Positions 10,687-24,030 of a stretch of 44,471 bases of DNA are shown one piece after another. The translations under genes were made by a program, and so were the position numbers. This DNA comes from Tubiluchus corallicola (Eukaryota > Animalia > Priapulida): contig JAQGDQ010001359.1 of assembly GCA_030141605.1 (NCBI GenBank), forward strand, positions 1 through 44,471, in the 5' to 3' direction. The notes below the pieces were generated by a model that worked only from the letters and a program-made list of their open reading frames with translations, was not told where the DNA came from and ran no database searches. Every line of letters starts with the position of its first letter. Within the stretch, counting starts at the first letter, position 1.

Positions 10687-11115
10687 GTAACTTTTCTACT
10701 GGAAGCTAGTAACTTTTCTGCTGGAAGCTAGTAACTTTTCTACTGGAAGCTAGTAACTTTTCTGCTGGAAGCTAGTAACTTTTCTGCTGGAAGCTAGTAA
10801 CTTTTCTACTGGAAGCTAGTAACTTTTCTACTGGAATCTAGTAACTTTTCTACTGGAAGCTAGTAACTTTTCTACTGGAAGCTAGTAACTTTTCTACTGG
10901 AAGCTAGTAACTTTTCTACTGGAAGCTAGTAACTTTTCTACTGGAATCTAGTAACTTTTCTACTGCAAGCTAGTAACTTTTCTACAGGAAGCTACTAATT
11001 TTTTCTACTGTATGCTAGTAACTTTTCTACTGGAATCTAGTAACTTTTCTACTGTATGCTAGTAACTTTTCTACTGGAAGCTAGTAACTTTTCTACTGTA
11101 TGCTAGTAACTTTTC
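10687..11115. repeat. Minisatellite, 22 bp x about 19
   Basis: gtaacttttctactggaagcta in tandem. Confidence 0.97.
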
Positions 11116-11423
11116 TTCAGACAGCATTTCCAGTCAACCACAATCAAAGTTGCAGCCATCATTATCACAGGTTGCAGTTAGTAATAATCGTGATTACAAT
11201 GTTCCGCTATGAGATTATTAGGCTGACTCAGCGCTGAGTATGTGTTATAATGATGGCCTACATACACAAGACTTGCCAAAGTGTCATGATTGGACTTCAG
11301 GGAATCAAACTAATTTGATAATTAAGCTTTGATTGATACATGAACTCCGCGGCGGAAAAACCGCGAACGAGGATTCCAGAAGTTGTGGTCTGGATACTGG
11401 GTTCAATATTGTTAATAGTTTAA

Positions 11424-12076
11424 AGCACAAGAAAACACTCCACTTACATAAAGCTTAAAAATTCGTCTTTATACCATTTACATACTGCTTTTTGCATGCA
11501 GGGCTTACGTCGTATAAAACGCGGAAATTTAAACTCCCGCGATGACCGTTATGTGCCGCCATTTTAATGCCACATCATTTGATACAAGTTTAGATAACAT
11601 TGCGTAAAGTTTGAATATTAATCAGAGCATTCGTAGCGCACGTGTCACTAACTAAATAAAATTTTAAATTACTGTATCTTGTCAATAAGATTAAAAATAC
11701 GTTTTTGGTTAGTGAGTGGTGCACCCTGGAGGGTGAGTCAACGACATTTTACCAATTGGTGAAAGCATTTTAAATTATTATTTCTAGTTACATAAGTCTT
11801 TCCAGCACGTAAGCGAAATACTAAGTAATATAGATTTGCATGGAAAGTTATTTGGGACATAATTTAACATTGCCTTTTCTTCCCCTTGATTTACGTGGCG
11901 TAGTGACGTCATGTAATGGCGCCGTCGGAACAGTATTGCAGGAAATTTAAAATGAAAACAAACGAAAATTCCTTTCAACGCGAGTACGATACACGCAGGT
12001 AAACGTGCAGCAAAGTAAATTAGTTTTTTAAAGCGACTTTTCTGAAACCTACTTCAGGTACCCCATTTATTGTCCT
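11424..12076 (+). mobile_element. Kolobok-like MITE (about 650 bp), copy 1
   Basis: ttaa|agcacaagaaaa ... tttattgtcct|ttag; inverted homologue at 14232-14901. Confidence 0.75.
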
Positions 12077-13097
12077 TTAGAGGTTAAAAAATACTTTATT
12101 AGTGACTGTTTGTAGATGAGAATACGTGCAATGAATTTTAGATTTTAAACAATATAACTGTGGACAAGCAAAACATTAAAATGCACCATATAACCTACAT
12201 ATAGATTCAAACTAAAAATAAGAGGAGAATTTGTCTGCACGTAAACAAGTTTTCCATTTAACAAGTTTTCAAAATAAAAGTCAAGATCAATCCTTATTGT
12301 GAGATTCTGGCGGCCATATTAAACCGAATCTTCAGGCAAAACTCGTAAAAATACACATATCCGCTGGTAATACATATAGCTATAAAACTGTTATACACGG
12401 ATAGCTATAAAACATTACAGCGGCCGCCATGAATTATGTCTCTGGGATCTGATTAGTTTTTCGTGCACGTGAAAGAATTTTTGCACAATGGGCTTCGCTC
12501 CTCGCGGAACCCATTGTGAGAGGCGGCGTGATTATGATGTATGATCCGAGGATCTCGACGAATATCCGATCCGGATTACGGCGAAATTAAACGCTTTGTG
12601 TTTGACGGCGAGAAACTTTGATTTAGTTTTTGCGCTATTCAGCATGCAAAGTCACATGCAGACGAACTGAATAAAACTATATGATAACGAGTCATGTGAC
12701 AGCGTAAAGCTAATTAAACATGCAAGCTCGGATGCTTGAGAAGCAAGAGGAAATATGGAAGATCTTTAGATGCTGTAAATTCTATGAACAATCAGCATCA
12801 ACAGTAGGCGTTTACGTTCACACCAGCTTTTTGCACTGGATAAGTTCAAAGATTACAAAAATAGCGCTATTTCTTAAAACCATGAAATAAGATTCTTAAA
12901 CGTGCCTGCATCTGTTGGGTGCTGTAATAGTATAATGTGCTAGCAGTTGCAAAGGTAATCAGATTTGGTAAAATCAGAAATAATCGAACTACGTAGTTAT
13001 AAATTTGCTAAGGTAAAACCTTATACAACACATTTAAGTGACAACCACAACCGACAAAGAACGAAACCGACGACGATGAAAATCATAGCATAATAGC

Positions 13098-13361
13098 GAT
13101 GATGATGATGATGACGATGACGATGACGACGATGTTGATGATGACGACGACAATGATGATGATGACAATGATGATGATGATAATGATGATGACGATGACG
13201 ACGACGATTACGATGACGACAATGATGATGATGACGATGATAACGATGATGACGAAGACAACGACGATGACGATGATGATGATGATTATGATGACGATGA
13301 CAATGACGATGACGACGACGACGACAATGATGATGACGATGATAATGATGATGATGACGAC

Positions 13362-13396
<35 letters not shown>

Positions 13397-13397
13397 C

Positions 13398-13438
<41 letters not shown>

Positions 13439-13540
13439 CGACGACGACGACGACGACGACAATGATGATGATGATGACGATGATGACGACGACGACGACA
13501 ATGATGATTATGACGATGACGATGATGACGACAATGATGA
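13098..13540. repeat. (GAT/GAC)n microsatellite
   Basis: Seen directly. Confidence 0.97.
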
Positions 13541-14231
13541 AGCAAACGACAAAGAAATATTAGACTAACGAACGCTCACGAAATTCTATTTCAGCCCCGT
13601 ATAGTTTTTTGCGTAGAATAAGCACAGAAAGTAAAAATCACCGTATTATAAATAGACAAACTCAAGAAACCTTGACAGAAAACTATACAGTTGTGCCATG
13701 GATAAAGTAGAAGGACGATGGGAAAATACATTGTCACAACAGTTTGCGAGCACAAGAAAAAATCTGCATGTATTTAGGAGGAACAATAATCGTGTTGGTG
13801 TAGAAAGCTTGTGGTGGTCACGTTAGTTAAATAGTGTGAGGGCTAACATACTTTACTGCTTATACAAATACATAAGAGGAACTTCTAACAATGCCGCCAT
13901 TGATGAGCCTGTGATCTTTACTGGGTTAGTTTGTTTACTTTGCTTCGAGATGATGCGAATTTACACATTGTACTACATCGTCAATTGAGTGTGAGGTTTT
14001 CAGTCGTCCCCTCAGGTGTTCAGCAGCATCAGCCACTCCGCCTTCACTAAATTCAACCTGCTCAGTCAGTTTTACCGTTAGGAGAATTACGTCACAGCAG
14101 CAAATAATGTAGCCAACATGTTTTCCTACTTGTATACCCAGGTGGCGCACTACTTTATTGCTGTTGTTATTGCCCTCAAAATAGCATTTCTAAAGTGCTA
14201 AAGACGGTCAAGTTCACAAATAATTCATTAA

Positions 14232-14901
14232 TGGACAAGAAAAGGGGCACCTGAAGTAGGTTTCAGAAAAATCGCCTTAAAAAATTATATGAATTTGTAG
14301 CAATTTTTTGCACGTATCGTATTCGCGTTGAAAGGAATTTTCGTCTGTTTTCATTTTAAATCTCCCGCAATATTGTCCAGACGGCGCCATTACATGACGT
14401 CACTACGCCACGCAAATCGGGGGAAGAAAAGGCAATGTTAAATTATGACCCAAAAAACTTTCCATGCAAATCTATATTACATAGCATTTCACTTACCCGC
14501 TGGAAAGACTTATGTAACTAGATTAATAATTTAAAATGTTTGTGCAAATTGCTAAAATGTCGCTGATTCACTCTCCAGGGTGCGCCACTCACTAACTAAA
14601 AGACGCATTTTTAATCTTGTTGACAAAACACAGTAATTTAAAATATTACTTAATTAGCAACATGTACGCTACGAATTCTCTGATTATTTTTCAAACTTTA
14701 CTTAATTTTATCCAAACTTGTTTCAAACCACCTACCATTAAAATGGCTGCAAGTAACGGTCATCGCGGGAGTTTAAATTTACACGTTTTATACAGCGTTA
14801 CGGCCGATGCAAGCCCTATATGCAAAAAGCGAACATGGAAGTGGTACAAAATTTCGACACGAATTTTTAAGCTTTATGTAAGTTGAGGGTTTTCTTGTGC
14901 T
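14232..14901 (-). mobile_element. Kolobok-like MITE, copy 2
   Basis: ttaa|tggacaagaaaa ... ttttcttgtgct|ttga; diverged reverse complement of 11424-12076. Confidence 0.75.
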
Positions 14902-15304
14902 TTGACGCTACATGCTATCATTTTGTATTTCGGGAGGCAGTTTGTACGCCATAATTAAATATCTTTTTTGAATTCTTAACTTGCCAATAAACAATAAAGG
15001 TTAGTGCCTAAGACATCGCAGAAAGCATTTATGGAAGTTTCCAATTAATAAAGATGCTTTCAAAGATGGCTTGGACGCTTGCGTTTTACTTAAGCATGAC
15101 AGTTCTGAACCCTTAGACGTTACCAAAACTTGCAACTTTTAAAGTGCTCAAAAATTTTCAGAATTTTTATATCAGAAAATTTGTCAAGTTATTTAAAATT
15201 GGAAAGGGCTTATATTACTGAATGTATTTGTGTCACTTTTGTCAAAATGTTTAGTTAGCAGAGTGTATAAACGCTATCGTTAAATTTGATTGCAGGTATC
15301 GTGA

Positions 15305-15702
15305 AACTACGGAACGAACTCTGTAATCAAACAAGCAATTCTACTTTGGAATTATCTACCATTACAGGCTAAACAAATCAAGTCCCTATCAGCATTTAAA
15401 ACAAAATTAAAATCACTAATATTAACCAGCTATGAAATACCATCACAGCAGTACGACAACATACATATATCACGGCCATGTTAATTAAATCATAGTTTTT
15501 TCATTTTTTTGTGCAAAGTTGTAAATATGTTTGATTTTATTCGTCGTTACTTTCCATTACTGCACAGTAGTTTAGATTGCACTGGCGCATTTGCCTTTAG
15601 CAGTGTAAGTTTTTATTAACTAACACTGATTGATCATCTCTGTAAAGTTTTTATCAGTGATTATCAATGTATTTTAATGGCAAATAAAGATTATTATATA
15701 TA
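15305..15702 (+). mobile_element. CR1/L2-group LINE 3' fragment
   Basis: Translates NYGTNSVIKQAILLWNYLPLQAKQIKSLSAFKTKLKSLI; ends atggcaaataaagatt like the copy ending near 32575. Confidence 0.8.
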
Positions 15703-16304
15703 ACTTATAAGATATATATATATATATAACTTTTGTGTTCGTCTAGACATTCTCTTTTGTCAGTCAAATGTTCTCATAAGAATAGAATTCTGAATCACAG
15801 AGGTTTTAATATGTCAGGTGTCACCAATGCAACAAGTTAATCCTTATCCGCTATTTGTCAGAAAGCGTCGCTGTCTGATCCCTGTTATTTGAACATCTAA
15901 TGCGCATCGATTGATGTTATATCGCACAAAGATTTAATAACACAACAGCTCTCTGTAGAGCTGATCGTTAATAATATTCTTCTTCTAGTTTTACGAGAGC
16001 TTTATTGTTGAACGCTGTAGACTTTACAACGTACAGAGAGTTGAAGATGCGGATAAAGACGAATTCCGCCCCGAACCGTGCAAACGTGAAGCTTTACGAG
16101 CACCCTAATATGCGCGCTGAGAACTTAGTTTAATTAGCATGGCTGCCTGGGTACTAAAAGACGCTTAGAGAATCAACTTCAAAAAAGCGCCGGACACAGA
16201 GGGATCCAGTGTGGAGAAAAATGTAATGAAACGACAGAGATAGTCTCAGATCGTAATAAACTCGGAGAAAATACTCCATGCCATTTTGAGAACTTCATTA
16301 TAAG

Positions 16305-16700
16305 CCTACGTGCAGGGCGGATTCAGAACGCCAGCCTGTATATTGGGGGGCGAAAAACACTAATGGAAACGTGCCGTTTTTTATGTTACGCCTCGTGCAG
16401 GGCGGATTCAGAACGCCAGCCTGAATATTGGGGTGCGAAAAACACTAATGGAAACATGCCACTTTTTATTTTACGCTTCGTGCAGGGCGGATTCAGAACG
16501 CCAACCTGCATATTGGGGTGCAAAAACACTAATGGAAACGTGCCGTTTTTTATTCTACGCCTCGTGCAGGGCGGACTCAGAACGCCAGCCTACATATTGG
16601 GGTGCGAAAAACACTAATGGAAACATGCCGCTTTTTATTTTACGCTTCGTGCAGGGCGGATTCAGAACGCCAACCTGTATATTGGGGTGGAAAAACACTA
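16305..16700. repeat. Minisatellite, 85 bp x about 4.6, alternating A/B variants
   Basis: gtgcagggcgg at 16310, 16395, 16480, 16564, 16649. Confidence 0.95.
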
Positions 16701-17163
16701 CTGTAGGTTTTTTATTGCACGCCTAGTTAATGCACGTACTCCCAAGAACAAGAACAATAACGAGGTTAAGACAGTGCATTGCTCTGTTTCCTTATTGTGT
16801 ATATAGTTGTAATTGTTGGTAGCAAACAAGTAAATCATGTATATCATAAACTGTAATGAAATTATGTTATTTTGGAACCACTTCACGTGTTTGTACTCGT
16901 GTGGGATGTCCAATCGGATTGAGGACTTTCTAAAACTAATACATAGGTAGTAAAATTTGTTGTGATTCAACTATTTCATTTCATTTTTATTTTAATTTTA
17001 TTTCAAATTACAAGTTGATTTAAGAAAACTGCATTCGTTTTTAAGGCATTTGAACTTTGTGGGTTGCGTTAATTAGTCATAGCAGCAGCTGGCACGTTCA
17101 CTCGAGCAGTCGAGAAAAATAATGCCACGGTAAGCGTTCGTATAGAAATATCTATCAACATAC

Positions 17164-17254
17164 CTGTTACCAGTAGCAGCAAATGTAGCAGAGTGACAAG
17201 TATTAGCCTGGGGGTGGGACCTGCGTCCGACGTACACCATCCCTTCCACGCCAT
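17164..17254 (-). CDS. Candidate first coding exon encoding a signal peptide (secreted or membrane protein, identity unknown)
   Basis: aaacATGG context; MAWKGWCTSDAGPTPRLILVTLLHLLLLVT-G; 91 nt ending in the phase-1 donor CAG|GTATGT; unique sequence; an in-frame upstream ATG lies at 17272. Confidence 0.45.
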
Positions 17255-18216
17255 GTTTCTGTGTTTAGTCATTATCCACGTTGAATGAAAAACTTCCAGT
17301 CAGTTTAATGCTTTGAATGCAGAATCACCATAATCTTAGCGAATATTAATTAGCCACGAGCAGTCGTTCATTTTTAAAACTTTATCCGCAGGTAACCACC
17401 AATATACGTTTTACGGCATATCTGTGGAAACGACGAATTCAATATTATAAGAAAAAATTATTTAAGTGAAAAAACGCGTCAGTTTCCACGTTTGCAAAAA
17501 ACCCCCGGATGTGAAGATAAAAAGATTACACAGATCGAAGCACGGTAGCTGTTTTGATGTCAACAATATTATTAATTAAATTAATCTCAACGCTAAATCC
17601 TCAGCTTCCACATCTTAGTAAATATTTTAGCATCAGCTGTATCGATAATCTGCAGCGAAATCAATATCGTTGGAAGTAATTCACTATACTTCTTTTCTTT
17701 GCAAAACAAAAAACTTCAAAAAAAATCAGCGTTCGCTCGTCAATTAGCCTTATTTCACAAATTAACCGTAGTGAAACGTCTGCAAGTCTCTCTCGCACGC
17801 CTTTCAAACGAAATCTGTCAGTTCGCTAGCAGCCAACATTGATAACGATCATGCGCAGTAGACCATTGGCGAGCAGGATCCATGAACATCAGCTTTGCCT
17901 TGTTATCCTGCAAGCTTATCGTACGAAACCTACTGCCTTAAAATGCTAAACTCTATTACCGTTTAGAAGATACTTGGCTGAGAACAGAATGACAAATTTG
18001 AAATTGTTTTGACAAAGTAAGTCAGGTGGCTAAAATATGGCAAGACAATGCATTAAAGCTATTTGCGCTATAAAAACTCGGGACAGACTTACGCAGTAAA
18101 AGGCTATGCTGATAAGCCCAAGTCCAGCGAATGTTTGTAAAAGCGTTTCTTTCAGAACGCGATAGTTTAACGCATGATAAGCTAATGGGAAATGAATAGG
18201 AATAGAGCAAGAAAAA

Positions 18217-18321
18217 TGACGTCGACGACGACAACGACAACGATGACGACAATGACGACGATGACGACGACAACGACAATGACGACGACGACGACAACGA
18301 CAATGACGACGACAATGACAG

Positions 18322-18381
<60 letters not shown>

Positions 18382-18617
18382 TGACAATGACAACGACAAT
18401 GACGATGACAACGACAACGACAACGACGACGACGACGACAATGACAACGTCAATGACGACGACGACGACGACAACGACAACGACGACGATGACAACGACG
18501 ACGACGACGACAACAACAACAACGACGACGATGGCACCGACAACGACGACGACGACGACAACAACGACAATGACAACGACGACGACAAGAACAACAACAG
18601 CAACAACAACAACAATA
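18217..18617. repeat. (GAC/AAC)n compound microsatellite
   Basis: Seen directly. Confidence 0.97.
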
Positions 18618-19699
18618 AAAGCGGCTAAAACAGTAAGAATCAGATTGCCTTAAAACAAAATCGGACCCAATCTTAAACTGTAAATCAAAACAATCTATTC
18701 AAAAATATTTTTTTCAAAAATGACTTACGTGAAAGAATTATTACCACACAAACACAATTTCGCCTTCGCGCCACTAGTTCTTCGCTGTTACATGCATTTC
18801 ACCATTCGCTAGTTAGACGGGCACTAGCGCCTGCATTTCGGAAACGCGTTGCACAGAAAGTAGGTGCTGTACCTCTTAGTTCAGGTGTGTTAGATTGTGA
18901 CGAACTACACTCGTTCGACAGTTCATGCGTGGGCACAGCGGTAAATTCGAAATTTGAATTTTTATCTTAAAACTTTTTTAAGATAGTTTTAGTACAAAAC
19001 ACTGAATATGTTACAGCAGCACTATGCTTTCGCAAACACGTGCAACACGCTCGTGGAATATTTTTGACGTTAAAAATTATGTTAGTTTGTGATGTCTTGA
19101 ATAGTTGGGCTCGCGCGCCGTTAATTAAGCATTCAATCTATTGTTTAATTGTCAGAAACGCTTTTGCAGTACTAATTGTGCTAAAATGTACACTTTTTAC
19201 CGTACTTGAAAATTTGGTTAGTACATGAAAAATCATCTTGTCTTCCTTTAAGGAAGTGTAAAATAACAGAAAGTGGCAGTAGATTGAATGATCAGGAAGA
19301 ATTTGTAATTGTATCTGTCAGCAGCATAGATTTCCGAACGATTTACTATTTTGTCGTTTGCATAATAGCGAGTTGGTCAATCAATCAGTCAGTCAGTCTT
19401 TTTTTCAGGTTTCAGCAGCATAGGTGAAATGACACGACGCCAGACACATAAACTAGACATACGAGTTACATGTTCATACCTTAAAAACTTTCTTGCTTAT
19501 TTTCGTCAATCAGTCAGTTAGTTAGTCAGGCAGTTAATCAGTCAGTCAATCAAATGATTAAGTACCAACACAAGTAAATTCATTAATTATTGTATATTAA
19601 TTGCTAGTCTTAATTCCTTTCGTAATTTCATATTGTGTTTATTATCCTACATATTATCTTTATTTTGTAAAATTCATTAAACAAGTATTCACTTTTTAA

Positions 19700-20200
19700 T
19701 AGGTAGCAATTTTAGTAAATAAATTAATACTAATGATAATTTATGCCTGCGTTAGTGGAAAAAGCAAGTACTAATATTTACATGATAGGTATAACTGATT
19801 CAGATCTGTGTGTTTGCGGTTTGGGCAGTCAAACCCCAGAACATTTAATTTTTCATTGTGGGTTACCATTTGTTATTCAAGATATAAGAGTGAATCTCGA
19901 ACGCAGCTTAGAAAATAATGACATTCGAAACATTTACAGAAAGAGAGACTCTAATGTTATTAAAATGTATATAGATATTGTAAAAGAACTAACCCAAAAT
20001 GATCTTATAGTAAATTGATTATACATTGATTATAAATATTGGATATATATTTAGAATAAACAAATCGTAATGCAAAATTGTCAGCTTGTTTAGTAAGAAA
20101 TTTATTTAATGTACATAGTGTAAAGACTTATTTAACATTTTTGTACTTTTGTGTCCTGCAAATAGAGATTAAAAGATTTTTAATAATAATAATTAATAAT
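19700..20200 (+). mobile_element. 5'-truncated I-group-like LINE: ORF2 C-terminal zinc knuckle plus 3' UTR and (TAA)n tail
   Basis: IGITDSDLCVCGLGSQTPEHLIFHC (CxC-x8-H-x4-C); degenerate hairpin at about 20155. Confidence 0.8.
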
Positions 20201-20631
20201 ATTTACATATGTATATAATATTTGTACACTAGGCCTATGTAGAATACCAAACAGTAGTGATTTTACACTATTTCGAGACGATCTATTAACATAGCAACTG
20301 GCTATTATCATTTCATTTTTTAGCATTACCCGAAATAAATGGTTTGTGCAAGTTTGCTTGAAATGGCGTGGGTGGAATGCTGACTAAACGACGTCCTTAA
20401 TTAATTGACTGATTACTAAATCGCATTTTTGCGCGTTGCATGCAAAATGTAATTCTGTAATCTTAGTTATTCAATCGAAAAGAATTTTCACAAAGGTAAG
20501 CCAAGGCAGGTGCAAAACAATGTAACGTAATCAGATTAGCCTCCTAGATTGCTCAAAGCCACAATTTACAATATTTTTCGACCGTTGTCGCCATGGCAAC
20601 AGAAATTAATTTTTGACCTTAATTTAATATT

Positions 20632-20650
20632 TCTGTCTCTCTCTCTTTCT

Positions 20651-20727
<77 letters not shown>

Positions 20728-20906
20728 CCACTCTCTCTCTCTTTCTTTCTCTCTCTCTCTCCTTCTCTCTTTTTCTCTCTATCCCACTCTCTCTCTCTTT
20801 CTCTTTTTCTCTCTATTTCTCTCTCTCTCTCCTTCTCTCTTTTTCTCTGTCTCCCACTCTTTCTCTCTCTTTCTCTCTCTCTCTCTCCCTCTCTCTCTTT
20901 GTCCCA

Positions 20907-20963
<57 letters not shown>

Positions 20964-20982
20964 GTTTCTCTCTGTCTCTCTG

Positions 20983-21034
<52 letters not shown>

Positions 21035-21207
21035 CCACTCTCTCTCTCTTTCTTTCTTTCTCTCTCTCCTTCTCTCTTTTTCTCTCTCTCCCACTCTCTC
21101 TCTTTCTCTTTTTCTCTCTATTTCTCTCTCTCTCTCCTTCTCTCTTTTTCTCTGTCTCCCACTCTTTCTCTCTCTTTCTCTGTCTCTCCCTCTCTCTCTT
21201 TCTCCCA

Positions 21208-21258
<51 letters not shown>

Positions 21259-21269
21259 GTTTCTCTCTT

Positions 21270-21327
<58 letters not shown>

Positions 21328-21392
21328 GTTTCTCTCTGTGTTTCTCTCTTTGTCTCTCTCTCCCCCTCTCTCTCTTTCTCCCTCTCTCTCTC
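20632..21392. repeat. (CT)n microsatellite with internal higher-order blocks
   Basis: Seen directly; ends in ccaagccaggtgcgaaatat, which is also found inverted at about 26988. Confidence 0.97.
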
Positions 21393-21611
21393 CAAGCCAG
21401 GTGCGAAATATAGTATTATCAGGTGCAATGTAAAGAAATTGACGTCACACTTAAGTTGTTTTTCGTTGAACGCAAGATTGTAATTACGTTTATTCATTAT
21501 TTACAGGCCGCGGCAATGGCTATAAACCTCGAGTAAATTAATAATTTAAACCTCGCAGCTGTTTCATAGACTCACTTTATAATCATTTATTCTGCAGCTC
21601 ACATTTAATTA

Positions 21612-21923
21612 ACATTCTAATATTCTTTACCTAGTGTTGCAGGTACAAATGTTTTGGTCCATTACCCCCTCCCAATGTGGTATATGCATCAGAAGCCACA
21701 GTATATTACATTCTAATATTCTATACCTAGTGTTGCAGGTACAAATGTTTTGGTCCATTACCCCTTCCCAATGTGGTATATGCATCAGAAGCCACAGTAT
21801 ATTACATTCTAATATTCTACATCTAGTGTTGCAGGTACAAATGTTTTGGTCCATTACCCCTTCCCAATGTAGTATATGCATCAGAAGCCACACTATATTA
21901 CATTCTAATATTCTATACCTAGT
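21612..21923. repeat. Minisatellite, 96 bp x3.2
   Basis: ctagtgttgcaggtac at 21631, 21727, 21823. Confidence 0.95.
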
Positions 21924-21929
21924 TTAGCT

Positions 21930-22572
21930 TCTTTTTTCTACCATCTTCCTTTTTCTTAGGCTAGTAGCAAAAGGCTAGAAAAACTATCTTGTAGTATTTT
22001 ACTAGGACAAGGTAACTTTAAAGATTTTCTTTTTAAAATTGGATACATACAGGAAAATGCCTGTATATGCTCAGAGGAAGCACAAACAGTTGAACATTTG
22101 CTTTTTAATTGTACTTTGGTCGACGAAAATAAAAGATTAGCGCTTGCAAATAGCCTACAATTTCAAAACATTAGTAAAATTTATACCTCTCGTGACAAAA
22201 ACCTGCTAGTTGCTTTCTCTGAGTTAGTTTGTGATCCGTTTTTACAAACTTTAGTATAAAATATTGAACTTTGCGTAACACAACAAATCTGTAGACATCT
22301 AATTTTTCTGTTTCTAGTCACTTTTAGATTATACAGGTCGTTTTGTGTAAACTGGTGCTATTTCATTTTAGTTGTTCTTTTATATTATTTTGAGCTACGA
22401 AATCCGTGATTTATTGGTATATAAAAATCTTACGAATGTAACAGCTATTTTATTTACAAAGTTTTTTAACCATATCCTGCAAATAGAGGGTCACTGTATG
22501 TATTTTATCTAAATATTTGTATATGTGTATAATTTTAAATTTTAAATAAAGAATTGTAATAATAATAATAAA
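21930..22572 (+). mobile_element. 5'-truncated I-group-like LINE (second subfamily), not in the ORF track
   Basis: Open frame SILLGQGNFKDFLFKIGYIQENACICSEEAQTVEHLLFNC...LQTLV* ending near 22259; hairpin 22474-22491; AATAAA and TAA tail. Confidence 0.85.
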
Positions 22573-22599
22573 TTTACCTGCATCTTTAGCTTAATTTTC

Positions 22600-23260
22600 T
22601 CTTTTACCTGCGGTTTTACTAAAACGACTGGTTTTCTCTCATTCGTAGTATATTCAACACTGATCTCATATGCCACTAACTTACACTCATCAAATTTGCT
22701 GCCCAATCACTGACCATCACTGATGCTATCACTGCCCAATCATATTAAATAACGACTTTGCACGTAGTCAGGTATTCTTGGAGAACGCATTCTGCAAAGT
22801 TGGTGTTAATCACCGTTTCGTATCTAGCTGTTCTGAACTTCTTTCTAATTCATTTCTTTTCTCTTTTTCTCTATCTTTGTCTATTATTTTATCTTAACTA
22901 CTCCCTGTTTTTCTATAATTCTCTCTCTCTTGTAAATTAAGTCGTTTTTTTCACTTTTCATGATGGTCTTACAAGCTTTGCTTCTTGACCACCATGCAGC
23001 ATCTATTTCTTGTTGACAAACTATTATGAAGTTTAGTAACTATGTTGGTACACTTCTGTTAAATTTTTGTAATTATATTTGGAATTTTTTCCCCTAACTA
23101 TATCATGCTATAGTATACTAATGTAGTTCTGTTACAATTATTGTAACTGTATTTCATTTTCCTAGTTATAGGGCATAATAGTTAAAGATAATAATGCAAT
23201 TGTAATGTAAAAATACATGCTGAAGTGATAATAAATTACAATTACAATTACAATTACAAC
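22600..23260 (+). mobile_element. Probable L2/CR1-group LINE 3' UTR with (TTACAA)n tail
   Basis: AATAAA then ttacaa x4; stem atgatggtc...gaccaccat near 22960-22996. Confidence 0.45.
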
Positions 23261-23383
23261 CTATTTTGAAACAGAAACAAAACAGTGCAAGCAAGAGACT
23301 ATAAGATGCGTGGCGACGTAAGCCACCACGGCGACACCGCCACTATGCTGTTTTGTTTTTATTTATGATCATGTGAATTTACA

Positions 23384-23554
23384 TTAGAATTGATATTTAT
23401 GTTTATTATAATTGTACTCGCTGTTTTTAATTGTGTATAATGTGTGTAAGTGTATTTTTTTGTTACTAAGTATTAAAATATGTTCGTTATGTTTTATTAT
23501 GTATGTATGTAGTGTTGGATTATAATTTGTAACTATGTCTAATGTATATGATCG

Positions 23555-23639
<85 letters not shown>

Positions 23640-23725
23640 TTGTAAATGGTTTTAGAAATTTTAAACATATCCCTACAAATAGAGGGAATGTATTCTGTAC
23701 ATAGTTTTTAAAAATAAAGAATTAT

Positions 23726-23820
<95 letters not shown>
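23384..23820 (+). mobile_element. Retroelement 3' end with internal (TG)n (23556-23636), RCAAATAG hairpin and long (TAA)n tail
   Basis: tccctacaaatagaggga at 23670-23687, AATAAA, TAA run. Confidence 0.7.
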
Positions 23821-23823
<3 letters not shown>

Positions 23824-23864
23824 TAATAGTCTAGACGATACAACAATATAACGATTAGATATCT

Positions 23865-23868
23865 ATTA

Positions 23869-23942
<74 letters not shown>

Positions 23943-24030
23943 TTTATTTAAAATTTAAAATTGAACGCATATACAAATATTTACATAAAATACCTCTATT
24001 TGCAGGTATAATATAAAAGTTCAATATATT
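23865..24030 (-). mobile_element. Short LINE 3' end, tail-to-tail with the previous element
   Basis: (TTA)n followed by the reverse complement of 22476-22552-type sequence; hairpin 23990-24009. Confidence 0.8.

Noticed and set aside
13021-13563. His-rich or Met/Thr-rich ORFs (also 18022-18653 and 42742-43944)
   Set aside because: Trinucleotide microsatellite translations
13935-14150. Second exon for the signal-peptide gene
   Set aside because: The available AG acceptor near 14058 gives an immediate stop in phase 1 and lacks a pyrimidine tract
20549-21497. ER-rich and LS-rich ORFs (also 24759-25241, 38413-38967, 39786-40460)
   Set aside because: Di- and tetranucleotide microsatellite translations
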